A stretch of 64,000 nt of DNA from NCBI RefSeq assembly GCF_000142905.1, contig NW_013657623.1, positions 183,337 through 247,336 on the forward strand, in the 5' to 3' direction. A program made the position numbers and the translations under genes. The stretch is from Thecamonas trahens ATCC 50062 (lineage: Eukaryota > Protista > Apusomonadida). Below the pieces are notes generated by a model. The model made no database searches. It was not told where the DNA came from and saw only the letters and a program-made list of their open reading frames with translations. Positions 54,103 to 64,000 of this stretch are shown here, piece by piece (position 1 is the stretch's first letter; the number at the start of each line of letters is the position of its first letter).

Positions 54103-57100
54103 ATGAACGTTGCGCAGAGCGTGCTGTGTGTGCTGGACCCGCAGACGGAGGAGGCGGTGCGACGGGCGGGCGAGGCGAGCATCGAAGCGGCGCGGAGTGA
54201 GGCGGGGCCATGCCTCGCTGCCGGACGGGCACTCCTTGGCGACCACCCGGTCGGAGGCGACGGTGAGCTGGCGCTGACTGTTGGCGGTATCGACTTTTAC
54301 ATCCGGGCCCTCCGCAGCCATTGGGGCATGTACCCGGGCGAGGTCCAGGCCGAGATGACCAGAGAGGTTCTCGGGCTGGCGGCGGCGACGGCGGCGGCGC
54401 GTAGCGGCGATGGGCACGTGCCGGCGGTGGTGGAGGAAAAGGTGGCGGACGCGCTGGTTGCTGTCTCGCTGAGGCATGGCGTGGAGAGCGTGATCAGCGA
54501 TGTGGCCGAGCTGGCGACCGGCAATGACTGCGCCTCGCCGCTCGGCTTCCTCGCACTCCGCTCGCTCTCGGAGGCTGCGCTCGGAGTCGGGACTGCTGGC
54601 TCTGGGCGCGGGTGGGTGGAGCCTCCGCCGCGGCGGGCGGTGATGGACGCGATGGTGAGTGCGGCCGAGCCGCTGGCGTCGATGCTTGTGGAGGCGACGA
54701 GCAGCGTGGCGAGCAACGCGGCGCACAGCGCGCGGCGCGAGGTGGTCAAGGCCGGGCTGCAGGCCATGGCGTCGGTGGCCGAGTGGGCGCCGCTGCCGAT
54801 CCTGTTTGAAGCCAACTTTCTTGGCCTCGCGGCGTCGCTCCTCGCCGAGCCTGCTGTGGCGGAGCACACGCGGGCGGTGCTGGAGAACATGCTTGTGCGG
54901 CGGCGGACGCTGCGGCTGGCTGAGCAGGTGCCGTATCTGGCCATGCTCGAGTGCCTCGAAGCGTTTGGCGGGGCAGTGGACGGGAGCCGCGGCGTCGAGT
55001 CGCACGCCGAGGCTTCGCACGCGCGCGGGGTGGCCGAGGTCCTTGTTGATCTCGGGACGCTCATGCTCGAGTTTGTGGCGAGCGAGCGGCCACCAGAGGG
55101 GCTCGACAGCGCGTTTGGTCCGTTTCTGGAGGTCATGGTGGTAGCTTCGGCGCATCCTGCTGTGAGCGTCTCGACCGAGGTGCTTCCGTTCTGGTGTGAG
55201 GTTGTGGCGTCGCGTGTGGTGCCCAAGGCGACGGACGAGCTTGCGAGGTCAGACCTGTACGCGACGCTGTGGCACATTGCAGCAGCGCGGGTGCGCAAGG
55301 TCGGCGATCCGGAGCTGGATGAGGGCGCGTTTGGCGAGGCGTCGCGGGCTGTCGGGCTGACGACGGCGGAGTGGACGGTTGCCGCCGGGCGGCAGCGGTC
55401 GCTGGCGCTGCGGATGGTGCGCGAGCTGACGCGGATGCACCGGCCGGGCGCGGTGGCGTTTGTGGCGACGTTTGTGCGGGAGACGCTGCGCGGGTTAGGC
55501 GAGGACGGATACGGGGCGTCGCCGGACGCGAGCTTTGCGTCGACCTGGTCACCTGTGTTTGTCACGTTTGAGGCGCTCTCGCTGCTTGTGGCGTCGGTCA
55601 TCGACGAGGTAGCACAGGTCCCGGCGTGGCTCGCCAACGCGCCGACCGAGTCGCTTGCGGACCAGGCGGCCGAGACGGCGGCGGCGCGAAAGGCGGCGCT
55701 GCTGCCGGACGGGGTCAACCGGTTCGACGAGCTGTACGAGGCCAAAGGTGAGCTTCTCGGCGAGCTTGACGGCATGCTCGAGATGCTTCTGCAGCTCGAG
55801 CTGGGCGAGCTCGGGGCGCCGACGGCGGATCCAGGACTGATGTCGCGGCATGTGCACATGCTGGTGGCCTTTGCGCCGTTCCTCCGTGAGTTCCCTGACC
55901 GGCTCTCGGCAGTGCTGGGCGTCCTGCTCTCGTACGTGGCGCTCGACGGCGAGAGCGGCAAGGCTGCGCTTGCGGCTGCAGGGCTAAGTGACGGCGCGGT
56001 GGCGCGGTACGGCGAGTCGCTCCGGGCTGCTTCGAAGAAAGCCTCGTCGTCGCTCATTAAGCTCGCGTCGAGTCTCGGGCCTGTGCTTGCGGAAGCGCTG
56101 CCTGGCCTGTTGGAGGCATACCAGGAGCTGCAGGTGCGGGGGCGCTGTCGTCGATGGTGCGGATGCTGCTGGTGGAGGCACTGCTTGTGATGACCTCGCA
56201 CGTGCCGGACGAAGCGACCAAGGGTGCGCTGCTGGAGCAAGTACTTGCGCCTGTGACCTCAACACTCGACATCGACGGGATCATTGTGCCGGGGCTGAGC
56301 TCGGGCAGGTCGCTTGTGGCGGCGATCGGGCTCGACGGGAGCGGACTCGACGAGGCGGGTGGGATGCTGTTCAGCGAGGCACACGGGAGCTTTCGGTCGC
56401 AGCTATGGGCGTTTGTGCACCTCGCGGCGGCGGTGGTCAAGCACGGGTCTGTGGGCACGCTTGTGGCGCACCTTGTGGCGTCGTACCTCGAGGGCCTGAT
56501 GGCGTTTCTGGCGGCGGTCCACGGGGTGTGGGACGAGCGGGCGCGGGTGCCGGCGCCGTACGACGCGGTGCTGGGCGTTGGTCCGCCGTCGGCGCGGTAC
56601 CCGGAGCTGGGCGAGGCCGAGTCCGAGCTGGTGTCGCTGCGGGGCATGCTTGGCTCTGCACGGCGGCAGGCGTACGAGGCGCTGGCGACGGCGTTCTCGC
56701 TACACGGCGGGCGGTACCTGGCGAGCGTGGCGTTGCCATCCGAGGTGCTGGAGCGGTGCGTGCTGGCCTCGCTCGGCGCACTCTCAGTCCAGCACATCAA
56801 GCCGCTGCTGGACGGGTTTGTCTGCCCGATGTTGGGCTCTGTCAGCGATGCGGTGCTCGACGAGCTGTGTGGGTCGAATGCACTAGTGGCGCTTCTCGCA
56901 AGCCTGCACAGCGTGCTTGCTGCCGGGTGGGTGACAGCGGCAGAGGGCGGGTCGGGCGCGGCGGACGTGGTCGAGGTTGCCGAGGCGCGGGCGCTGTGCG
57001 ACGGGACGCGGGCGCTGGCGCACTTTCTGGGGCGGGTGGCAGTGGTGGCCGGCGCAGGCCTCACCCGCGCCAACGGGTACGGCATGCACGCGCTCAGCGG

Positions 57101-57782
57101 CTCGGACCGCTCCAGCAGCTCGGAACCGGTCGACGCCGAGGCTGTGGCGCAGAAGCTGCGGGCGTCGCTGCCGCCGCTGACGGCGCGGCTGCTTTTCACG
57201 TCCGAAGCGCTGCTCTCTGCTGTGGCTGGCAGCGCACTGGCGCTGATGTCGTGGGGCGACGTGCCGAGCATTGCCGAGGCTGCCGATGTGTGCCTGCGGC
57301 TTGTGCCGCTGCTGGCGACGCACTCGGAGCTTGGTGCGGCGTTGGTGGGGACCGAGATGCTCACCGGGGCCATCCAAGCGCTGGCCAACGGCGTCGACGC
57401 CAATGCCGAGGGCCTCCTCGTCAATGTCGTGGCCAACGCATACATGGCGGTCGGCCCGGTAGCTCCGGACCGTGTCCGCTCGGTTGTCGTCCAGATCCCG
57501 GGCATGGACGATGCCGGCGTCGTGGCCTTTGAGGAGACGCTCCTGGCCACGCGATCGGAGAAGCACCTCCGACGGCTCGTCCGCCAGCTCCTGTCGCCCA
57601 TCCTCGGCATCAACAACGCGTTTGGGCGGAGCGGGAGCGCCGGAGCTCCGCGGCGGGATCGCAGCGAGCGCAACGAGCGCAAGCAGGCCGCGTTTGTTGT
57701 CTCCAAGCCCCGGCGCGGTGGCGACGACGACAGAGGCGACGACGTGTCGGTCGGCGACTCGCTGCGTGCGCTCTTTGGGTAA
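54103..57782 (+). CDS. XPO5: Exportin-5/Msn5/HASTY-like importin-beta family karyopherin (~1225 aa); one frameshift at the G-run 56138-56142
   Basis: HEAT-like helical ORFs 54061-56190 and 56154-57782 join by one added G (LQVRGALSSMVRMLLVEAL). N-terminal VLCVLDP, AEWAP, HPAVSVS..LPFW and SEKHLR near the C-terminus match exportin-5 landmarks. Confidence 0.68.
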
Positions 57783-58123
57783 ATATGTGCGATCTGCAGC
57801 TGAGCTCGGGATGTGTGGCTGTGACGAATGTTGGAGATGGGGACGCGGGCGTGAGGTAAATTTCCAGCAAGTGAAGAGGGGGGGAGAGAGAAACAGATAT
57901 GGATGTGTTTTGATGTGTGTGTGTATGTGTGTGTGTGTGTGTGCGGAGGGGGGGAAGGAGGGGGGGGGAGGGAGTCCGGAAAGGAGAGATTGGTGGGGCG
58001 GGATGTGAGAGTAAATTTTTGACCCGGCATAGGATGATGATGAGTGGAAGAGCATGTTCGCCACTCGGTTGGCCAACGACGACGACAGACGCAACTCTTG
58101 GGCAGCTCATGGCTTGCGGACGT

Positions 58124-58768
58124 ATGGGAACGAGAAGGGTGCTTGTGACTATGGCGATGTTGATGGCAGTGTGTGCCACAGCGGTGACGGCGACGGCGAG
58201 CAGTGGCGACGACAACGACGGTGGGTTGTTTGCGGCGGGGAGCTTTGCCATGAACGGACGCGAGGTGCTGCTGAGCTCGTACGCCGGCTCGCCAGTGCTT
58301 GTGGTCAACGTGGCGTCCGAATGCGGACTGACCGAATACATGTACACGCGGCTGGTCCGTCTTGCGCGTGCGGCGCCGCAGCTGAGGATCATCGGCTTTC
58401 CATCGAACGAGTTTGGCGGGCAGGAGCCGCGGAGCTCATCCGCGATTCGTGCAGAGATGGCGGCGGCGTACCGAGTCACCTTTCCTCTTGCGGACAAGAT
58501 CGAGGTCAATGGGGCACGGGCGCATCCGGTGTTCAAGTGGCTGGTGGCCGAGTCGGGCGGGGAGGACATTGCGTGGAACTTTACGGTCTTTCTCGTCAAC
58601 GGCGACGGGAGACTCGAGGGCCGGTTCGAGCCGGGTGAGCCGTTTGAGGCCATTGAGGCGGCGGTGGCCGGCATGATGGCCGAGGCTCGCCGGAAGCGGT
58701 GGGAGGCCGACGGCGGGCCGCGGCACACCGGAGCCGACCTTCCAGTCGGGCACGGTGATGAGCTGTGA
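58124..58768 (+). CDS. Cys-type glutathione peroxidase with a signal peptide and a GDEL C-terminus
   Basis: VNVASECG (TGC codon), GFPSNEFGGQEP, KIEVNG..AHPVF, IAWNF; hydrophobic N-terminus; ends HGDEL*. Confidence 0.9.
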   Translation: MGTRRVLVTMAMLMAVCATAVTATASSGDDNDGGLFAAGSFAMNGREVLLSSYAGSPVLVVNVASECGLTEYMYTRLVRLARAAPQLRIIGFPSNEFGGQEPRSSSAIRAEMAAAYRVTFPLADKIEVNGARAHPVFKWLVAESGGEDIAWNFTVFLVNGDGRLEGRFEPGEPFEAIEAAVAGMMAEARRKRWEADGGPRHTGADLPVGHGDEL

Positions 58769-58777
58769 GGCGCGCCA

Positions 58778-60484
58778 TCAGTGGGCAAGGCGCGGAAAGA
58801 TGGCGGCGACGGCGACGGCGGCAGCCGGCGTGTCGTACCCGTCGTTGCCCGAGAGGTCGAGGGCAGTGAGTGAAGCAGCGAGCGGCGAGCCTGCAAGACC
58901 GGCAAACGCGACGGCCGGGTCGGGATGGAGTGCGTTGTTGGCGAGGTTGAGCGAGGCGAGGACCGGAAGGTCGGCGAGGTGTGTGCCGAGCTCGCGGAGG
59001 CCACACGACGAGAGATCGAGGGCGGTGGCCGAGACAAAAGCCTCTGCACCGGCAAGGCAGCGCAGCGGGTTGCCAGAAAAGTCGAGGGCGGTGGCGGAGG
59101 CGAGGGCGTGTGTCCGCGGGCCAAGGGCGACCAGTCCGGCGGCAGGAAGAGCAAACGAGAGCGATGCGGAGTCATGATCGGCGAGTGCGGCGTCGAGGGT
59201 ACGGCGCGAGAGCGCGTCGCGGTAAAAACCGGCGCGATAGGGATCGACGTCGAGGAGGCAAGTGTAGAGGGTGTCGAGGACGGGCGAGGCCGGATCGAGA
59301 GCTTCAAGAATGAAGGCCTTGGTGAGGAGCGCCCACTTTGCATCGGGCTCGAGGTCGAGAAGCTCGTCGCAGGCGGCAAGCTCGCGGGCGAGCAGGTCGG
59401 AACGGGCAGCAGCAGCGGCAGCGAGCTGGGCGTCGAGCTCGAGCACGACGGTGGCCGGTCCCGGCAGCTCGAGCTCGGCGTTCATGGCGACGCCGTCGAT
59501 CAGCGGCGAACCGTCCTTGGCGGCGATGCCCGGCCCAGTGTTGACGGCGACCGAGAGTGTGGCGGGCGACGCGTCGAGAGTAGCGAGCCAGACCGGCGAC
59601 AAGCCGCCGGCGAGGCGGCCCGAGTGGGCGGGGCGCCAGCGCAGCGGCGGGGATGTGGGCGGGAGTGGGGCGACGGTGACGTTTGTAGGCGCGACGCCGG
59701 CGACCGGGACGGAGAAGACGAGCGCGAGGATGGGTGCCGGGCCTGGGAGGGCAATGACGGCGGTGAGGCGCGGTGGGGCGGCGGATCGGCCGAGGAGCCA
59801 GCGGTGGTAGAGCCAGGCGGACTGGTCGTCGGGCTCTGTGTAAAAGGCCGACTGGACGAGCTCAAACTCTGTGGTGGCAAAGGACGAGTCCGAGGCGGCA
59901 AAGTCCGGGCCGTGGATGCGCGGCAGGAGGTGTGAGCGGTAGTGCCAGGCCGAGTAGTTTGAGAAGTTTGCGTTGATGCGGTCGAGGGTGTAGTCGAGCT
60001 CGTCGGCGTCGGGCACGGCGGCGGTGCCAGCGATGTAGCGGCGGTAGTTCCAGCAGTGGAAGTTGCGATCGTCGGCGTCGAGCATGAGGCCGCAGAGGCG
60101 GAGCTCCTCGGCAAAGTCGGGCGTGTAGCCGTCCATCTCCATGACCCACACCCTGTGATGCCAGAGCCAGTACGACTTTGGGTTCGACCGCAGGCAACGG
60201 GCGGTAAAGGCGAGCTCGACGGCGGCAGTGTCGGCCGGCTCGGCCCGCCCGTCGGCCATGCGGGCCATCAGCATCTCCCTCCGGTAGTTCCACAGCGAGT
60301 ACAGGTCCGAGTTCATCTCCAGCGCCCGGGTCACTGTCTCGAGCGCCGCCTCATCGTTCGACCCTGCCTGTCTGCTCTCCATGGCCTTGGCCACGCATGC
60401 CCGGTACGCCTTGACCCGCGCCGCCACCTTGGCCGCCCGGGCCGCCTCGAGCGCCGCGGGCGTCTTCTTCTTCAGTCGTCCGTG
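58778..60484 (-). CDS. RABGGTA: Rab geranylgeranyltransferase alpha subunit (PPTA repeats, Ig-like domain, LRR); start codon not located, probably on an upstream mini-exon in or beyond the gap
   Basis: (M)HGR start directly after a CAG acceptor; SLWNYRRE, NPKSYWLWHHR, RNFHCWNYRR, NFSNYSAWHYRS, AFYTEPDDQSAWLYHRWL, VDPYRAGFY; C-terminal LRRs. Confidence 0.93.
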   Translation of the reverse strand, partial: HGRLKKKTPAALEAARAAKVAARVKAYRACVAKAMESRQAGSNDEAALETVTRALEMNSDLYSLWNYRREMLMARMADGRAEPADTAAVELAFTARCLRSNPKSYWLWHHRVWVMEMDGYTPDFAEELRLCGLMLDADDRNFHCWNYRRYIAGTAAVPDADELDYTLDRINANFSNYSAWHYRSHLLPRIHGPDFAASDSSFATTEFELVQSAFYTEPDDQSAWLYHRWLLGRSAAPPRLTAVIALPGPAPILALVFSVPVAGVAPTNVTVAPLPPTSPPLRWRPAHSGRLAGGLSPVWLATLDASPATLSVAVNTGPGIAAKDGSPLIDGVAMNAELELPGPATVVLELDAQLAAAAAARSDLLARELAACDELLDLEPDAKWALLTKAFILEALDPASPVLDTLYTCLLDVDPYRAGFYRDALSRRTLDAALADHDSASLSFALPAAGLVALGPRTHALASATALDFSGNPLRCLAGAEAFVSATALDLSSCGLRELGTHLADLPVLASLNLANNALHPDPAVAFAGLAGSPLAASLTALDLSGNDGYDTPAAAVAVAAIFPRLAH

Positions 60485-60506
60485 CTGCGGCAGGTGACGG
60501 AGGGTG

Positions 60507-60696
60507 NNNNNNNNNNNNNNNNNNNNNNNNNNNNNNNNNNNNNNNNNNNNNNNNNNNNNNNNNNNNNNNNNNNNNNNNNNNNNNNNNNNNNNNNNNNNNN
60601 NNNNNNNNNNNNNNNNNNNNNNNNNNNNNNNNNNNNNNNNNNNNNNNNNNNNNNNNNNNNNNNNNNNNNNNNNNNNNNNNNNNNNNNNNNNNNNNN
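60507..60696. other. Assembly gap (190 N) next to a (TG)n microsatellite at 60697-60789
   Basis: Run of n followed by a TG repeat. Confidence 1.
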
Positions 60697-60715
60697 AGTG
60701 TAAGTGTATGTATGT

Positions 60716-60789
<74 letters not shown>

Positions 60790-60996
60790 CTGGGCGTGGT
60801 GCCGTGATTCGGCAGCGACGGGGACAGTGGTGGGGACAATGGTAGAGATGGTGGCACGGACTCATGTGATTATGGTGCCTCGGGGTATTGATGGCGATCA
60901 AAGGAGCGATGAGCACAATTATCGCATATGTTTGTCTGTATGCCCGTGTGGACGTCCATACCCATGTTTATGCAGATGCTGATACAAGCATACAAT

Positions 60997-61082
60997 CATT
61001 CGTTTGTGCAATTGTTCAATCGTTCGTTCCATCGTTCGTTCGTTCGTTCAATCGTTCGTTCAATCGTTCGTTCAATCGTTCG
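60997..61082 (-). repeat. (TCGT)n / (AACG)n microsatellite in the divergent RABGGTA-CAF1 intergenic region
   Basis: tcgttcgttc(a/c)atcgttcgtt arrays. Confidence 0.8.
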
Positions 61083-61152
61083 TGCCCTCCTGCCATTGGC
61101 CCATTCGCCATAGTTGGCACACTCCCCTCCCCTTTCGCGCCACGCGGCCACC

Positions 61153-62498
61153 ATGGCGGCCCGCGGGACTCCTGTACCACCCACACAAGCGGTGACCATC
61201 ACCGAAGTGTGGGAGGACAACCTCGAAGAAGCATTCATCGACATCAGAGAGCTGGTCGACAAGTTCCCCTACATTGCCATGGTACGTCATGGCCACACGC
61301 CGGGCGCGACCAGCGGGCCAGGAGCCCCCCGTCGCCGCCGCATAGCTACCGAGCCGCCGGCTGACGGGGGAGGGAACGGAGAGTCATGCAGGGAGGGCAG
61401 AGCGAGAGAGAAGAGGACAGCCGATATGGTAGCCGTGGTGTGTGGGCAAGGGCTTGTGCGGTGGCGTGTGTAGGGGCAGGGAGCGTGCGGCGACATTGGT
61501 GGGTCGGCCCGTACTGAGCGCGTTCCTTTTTTGGTCAGTGGCGCGCGCCCGCCGCCAGCCGGCAGTGTTGGACAAAGCTCACGGCAGGCACGGGATGTGG
61601 GCATGGGTGGGTGTGGACGGTTGACGGCGGTGGTGACGACGGCGACGGGCGAGAGTAGGACACCGAGTTTCCCGGAGTTGTGGCGCGGCCAATGGGCCAC
61701 TTCAAGTCGACGGCCGACTACCACTTCCAGACGCTGCGGAGCAACGTGGACCTGCTCAACATCATCCAGCTGGGCATCACCTTTGCGGACGAGCGCGGAC
61801 ACATCCCGGCGTGGATGCCGACGTGGCAGTTCAACTTTAAGTTTTCGCTCGGCGAGGACATGTACGCGCAGGACTCGATCGACCTGCTCACGCGGTCGGG
61901 CATCCAGTTCAAGGCGCACGAGGACCGCGGCGTGGACCCGCACGCGTTTGCCGAGCTGCTCATGTCGTCGGGCCTTGTCCTCATGGACTCGGTACAGTGG
62001 ATCTCGTTCCACTCGGGCTACGACTTTGGCTACCTGCTCAAGCTGCTGACCTGTGCGCCACTGCCGTCGCACGAGGACGCCTTCTTTGAGCTCCTTTCGT
62101 TGTACTTTCCCAACATCTTTGACATCAAGTTTGTGGCCCGGTCCATTGGCAAGGCCAAGGGCGGCCTGCAGGACCTCGCCGAGGAGCTGCACGTCACCCG
62201 TATCGGGCCGCAGCACCAGGCAGGCTCGGACTCGCTCCTCACCCTCAACACTTTCTTCCGCCTCCGCGAGACCTACTTTGGCACCGGCTGGGATCCGAGC
62301 CCCTACGTCGGCCGCATTTACGGCATCTCCACCTACTCCCAACGCATGGCAGACGTCGAGAACCACAAGGCCAACAAGGGCGCTCCCGCCCGCCAGCCCG
62401 TCCAGCACCTGCCCGCTCACTCGGGCGCCGGCGCCGGCCGCACCCACAAGTCCTCGGGCAGTAGCAAGAAGCGCCAGAATTCGCGTCGCCGCGGCTGA
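61153..62498 (+). CDS. CAF1: CCR4-NOT deadenylase subunit CAF1/CNOT7/POP2; intron 61282-61658
   Basis: EVWEDNLEE..YIAM|DTEFPGVVARP after splicing GTACGT..TAG; NVDLLNIIQLG, WQFNF, FHSGYDFGYL, HQAGSDSLLT. Confidence 0.96.
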
Positions 62499-62775
62499 GC
62501 TGCGATTGAACGCAAGTCCTCCCCCTTCCCCACCGCTTGTTCTTGTCCCCAGCCATCCCCCATGTCCATCGCCAAGGTCACGTGCTCCACGTGGTGCCAC
62601 ACTCCAGCGGCAACCAGCACCAGCACGTGCGACCAACGCCATCGACTCAATAGAAGGAGAGCCGCGTCAAAGCCACGGCGACAGGCACGACACCAGCGAC
62701 CACCACACTCTCTCACTCCCCCCTCCCCTACCACCACCTCACCCCACCGTCCACACCGCCCACTGCCTGCCTGCC

Positions 62776-63678
62776 ATGTCCATCTTCCCGCCACCGCCGC
62801 CTGCGCCGCCTCCGCCGCCTCCGCCAGCTGTCCCGGGCTTCTTCACCATGGAGTACTTCTGCGAGAAGGCGTATCTCACCGTGTGCAACGCCACGGCGGT
62901 GCGGTATGTACCGGACGAGGCCAAGTGCATCCCGCCGACGCTCACCTCGGGATCGCTGACACTGCAAGAGCCGTCACTGGTCATTGTCGGCCTCGTCTCG
63001 GCCATCACCGCCTGGTACTCGGCCTACCGCATCGCCATCCATGTCAAGGGCGGCGCGCTCGAGTACGCCTCCTTCTACGGCCTGCTGGGGACCAATATAC
63101 TGTTCCTCGTCCTTCTACGGACCCTGGCATACGAAGCCTCCATCATCCACACCGTCATCCTGGGCCTCACCATGGTCCTCACTTCATGGACGTGGTCATC
63201 GCTGCTCTTCTGCGGCCTCGCAGACCTCGCCTTCGTTCCCATCGCCCTTGCCCCTCGCCTCAAGATCTACATCCCGTTCCTCACTGTCATCGGTGTTGGT
63301 GTCCTGGCAGGCGCTGTCTCGGGCTGGCATCCACTGCTGTTTGTATTCTACTACACCGTGCCCATCGCCTGCTTTGTCCTCTTCCTCATCCTCGAGGCGC
63401 GGGTCGTGTACACCCTCACCTCGCACCGTCGCAAGGCCACTATCTGGATGGGCATCGGCACTGTGGTTGTCATTGCCGCAGTCACTGCCTCCACCGCAGC
63501 CTCCAAGTACCTCTGCCTCGCCTTTACCTCCAACTTTGACGGCACGTTTTTCTTCTACATCCTCGTCGACGTCGCGTCCACTGTCCTCTACCAGTTCCTC
63601 TCTGCCACCAAGACCGGCCTCGACCCCGACGTCCTCAACATGCTCCGACTCCAGCGCGACGTGGCGCGCGGAGCGTGA
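62776..63678 (+). CDS. Chs7-like (chitin synthase export chaperone family) 7-TM protein
   Basis: N-terminal FCEKAYLTVC (Chs7 F..IC...PLP.C), G..EY..FY, SLLFCG, LFVFYY, SKYLC....NFDGTFF..L....LYQF (Chs7 IC....HYLDGLFF..VYKY); about 7 TM helices. Confidence 0.68.
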   Translation: MSIFPPPPPAPPPPPPPAVPGFFTMEYFCEKAYLTVCNATAVRYVPDEAKCIPPTLTSGSLTLQEPSLVIVGLVSAITAWYSAYRIAIHVKGGALEYASFYGLLGTNILFLVLLRTLAYEASIIHTVILGLTMVLTSWTWSSLLFCGLADLAFVPIALAPRLKIYIPFLTVIGVGVLAGAVSGWHPLLFVFYYTVPIACFVLFLILEARVVYTLTSHRRKATIWMGIGTVVVIAAVTASTAASKYLCLAFTSNFDGTFFFYILVDVASTVLYQFLSATKTGLDPDVLNMLRLQRDVARGA

Positions 63679-63760
63679 GCGGCACCGAAGATGAGCACCG
63701 TGACGCGTGGAGAGCGTTGCAGCTTTGCTGCCCTTCTCGCTTGCGCCGGCGCTTGCGCGT

Positions 63761-64000
63761 CTACGCAATGTCAAAGCCAGCGCTCTCCATGATGGAGAGA
63801 CGGAGCTTGTTTTCAAAGACGGCGCGCGAGGGATAGACTGGCATGTTGATGCGATTGAAGCACGAGTGGGCGTACATGAGGCGGTCGGCCGAGCCTGGGA
63901 GGCTGTCAAGCTCAAACTGCTTCGGCCCGTTGGAGCCAACGAGGTGCGCAAAGCCGCCGAGCGGGACCCGCGAGGTGCCTGTGGCAAACGAGAGCAGCCG
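63761..64000 (-). CDS. HECT E3 ubiquitin ligase (NEDD4-like), 3' end only; absent from the ORF track
   Basis: Reverse frame from 64000 reads RLLSFATGTSRVPLGGFAHLVGSNGPKQFE..RLMYAHSCFNRINMPVY..KLRLSIMESAGFDIA*, including the catalytic Cys and the terminal GF. Confidence 0.93.
   Translation of the reverse strand, partial: RLLSFATGTSRVPLGGFAHLVGSNGPKQFELDSLPGSADRLMYAHSCFNRINMPVYPSRAVFENKLRLSIMESAGFDIA

Noticed and set aside
58300-58340. Selenocysteine GPx
   Set aside because: The active-site codon is TGC (Cys); there is no in-frame TGA.

Overview
Gene-dense, very GC-rich, intron-poor eukaryotic nuclear DNA from a draft assembly with three N-gaps. The GC content, the near-invariant GTACG intron donors and the mix of opisthokont-, plant- and amoebozoan-like genes suggest a protist such as the apusomonad Thecamonas trahens; that identification is an inference. 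About 23 protein-coding genes can be supported. Recognisable genes are OGFOD1, histone H3, an M1 aminopeptidase, a GT10 fucosyltransferase, ATM1/ABCB7, a FYVE protein, ubiquilin, TAF8, exportin-5-like, glutathione peroxidase, RabGGTA, CAF1 and the 3' end of a HECT E3 ligase. The standout is a ~1650-aa all-in-one RNA end-healing and sealing protein (48832-53779, minus strand), hidden by two single-base frameshifts. It joins a ubiquitin-like N-domain, a T4 Rnl1-type RNA ligase, a HAD phosphatase, a degenerate DnaQ-like exonuclease, a 2H phosphoesterase, an R3H domain and a P-loop polynucleotide kinase. Other notable items: a triple AWPM-19-like membrane protein, a plant-type Ser O-galactosyltransferase (SGT1/GT96), a fungal-type Chs7 homologue, a long-tailed H3 variant next to an H3 gene with a metazoan-type 3' stem-loop, a cytochrome c1 fragment between direct repeats, a WW-DOCK-like giant protein, and a solute-binding/pseudokinase/pseudocyclase/pseudokinase receptor. 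Seven -1 frameshifts, each repairable by adding one base to a short homopolymer, are probably sequencing errors. All family assignments come from motif recognition by eye, not database searches.
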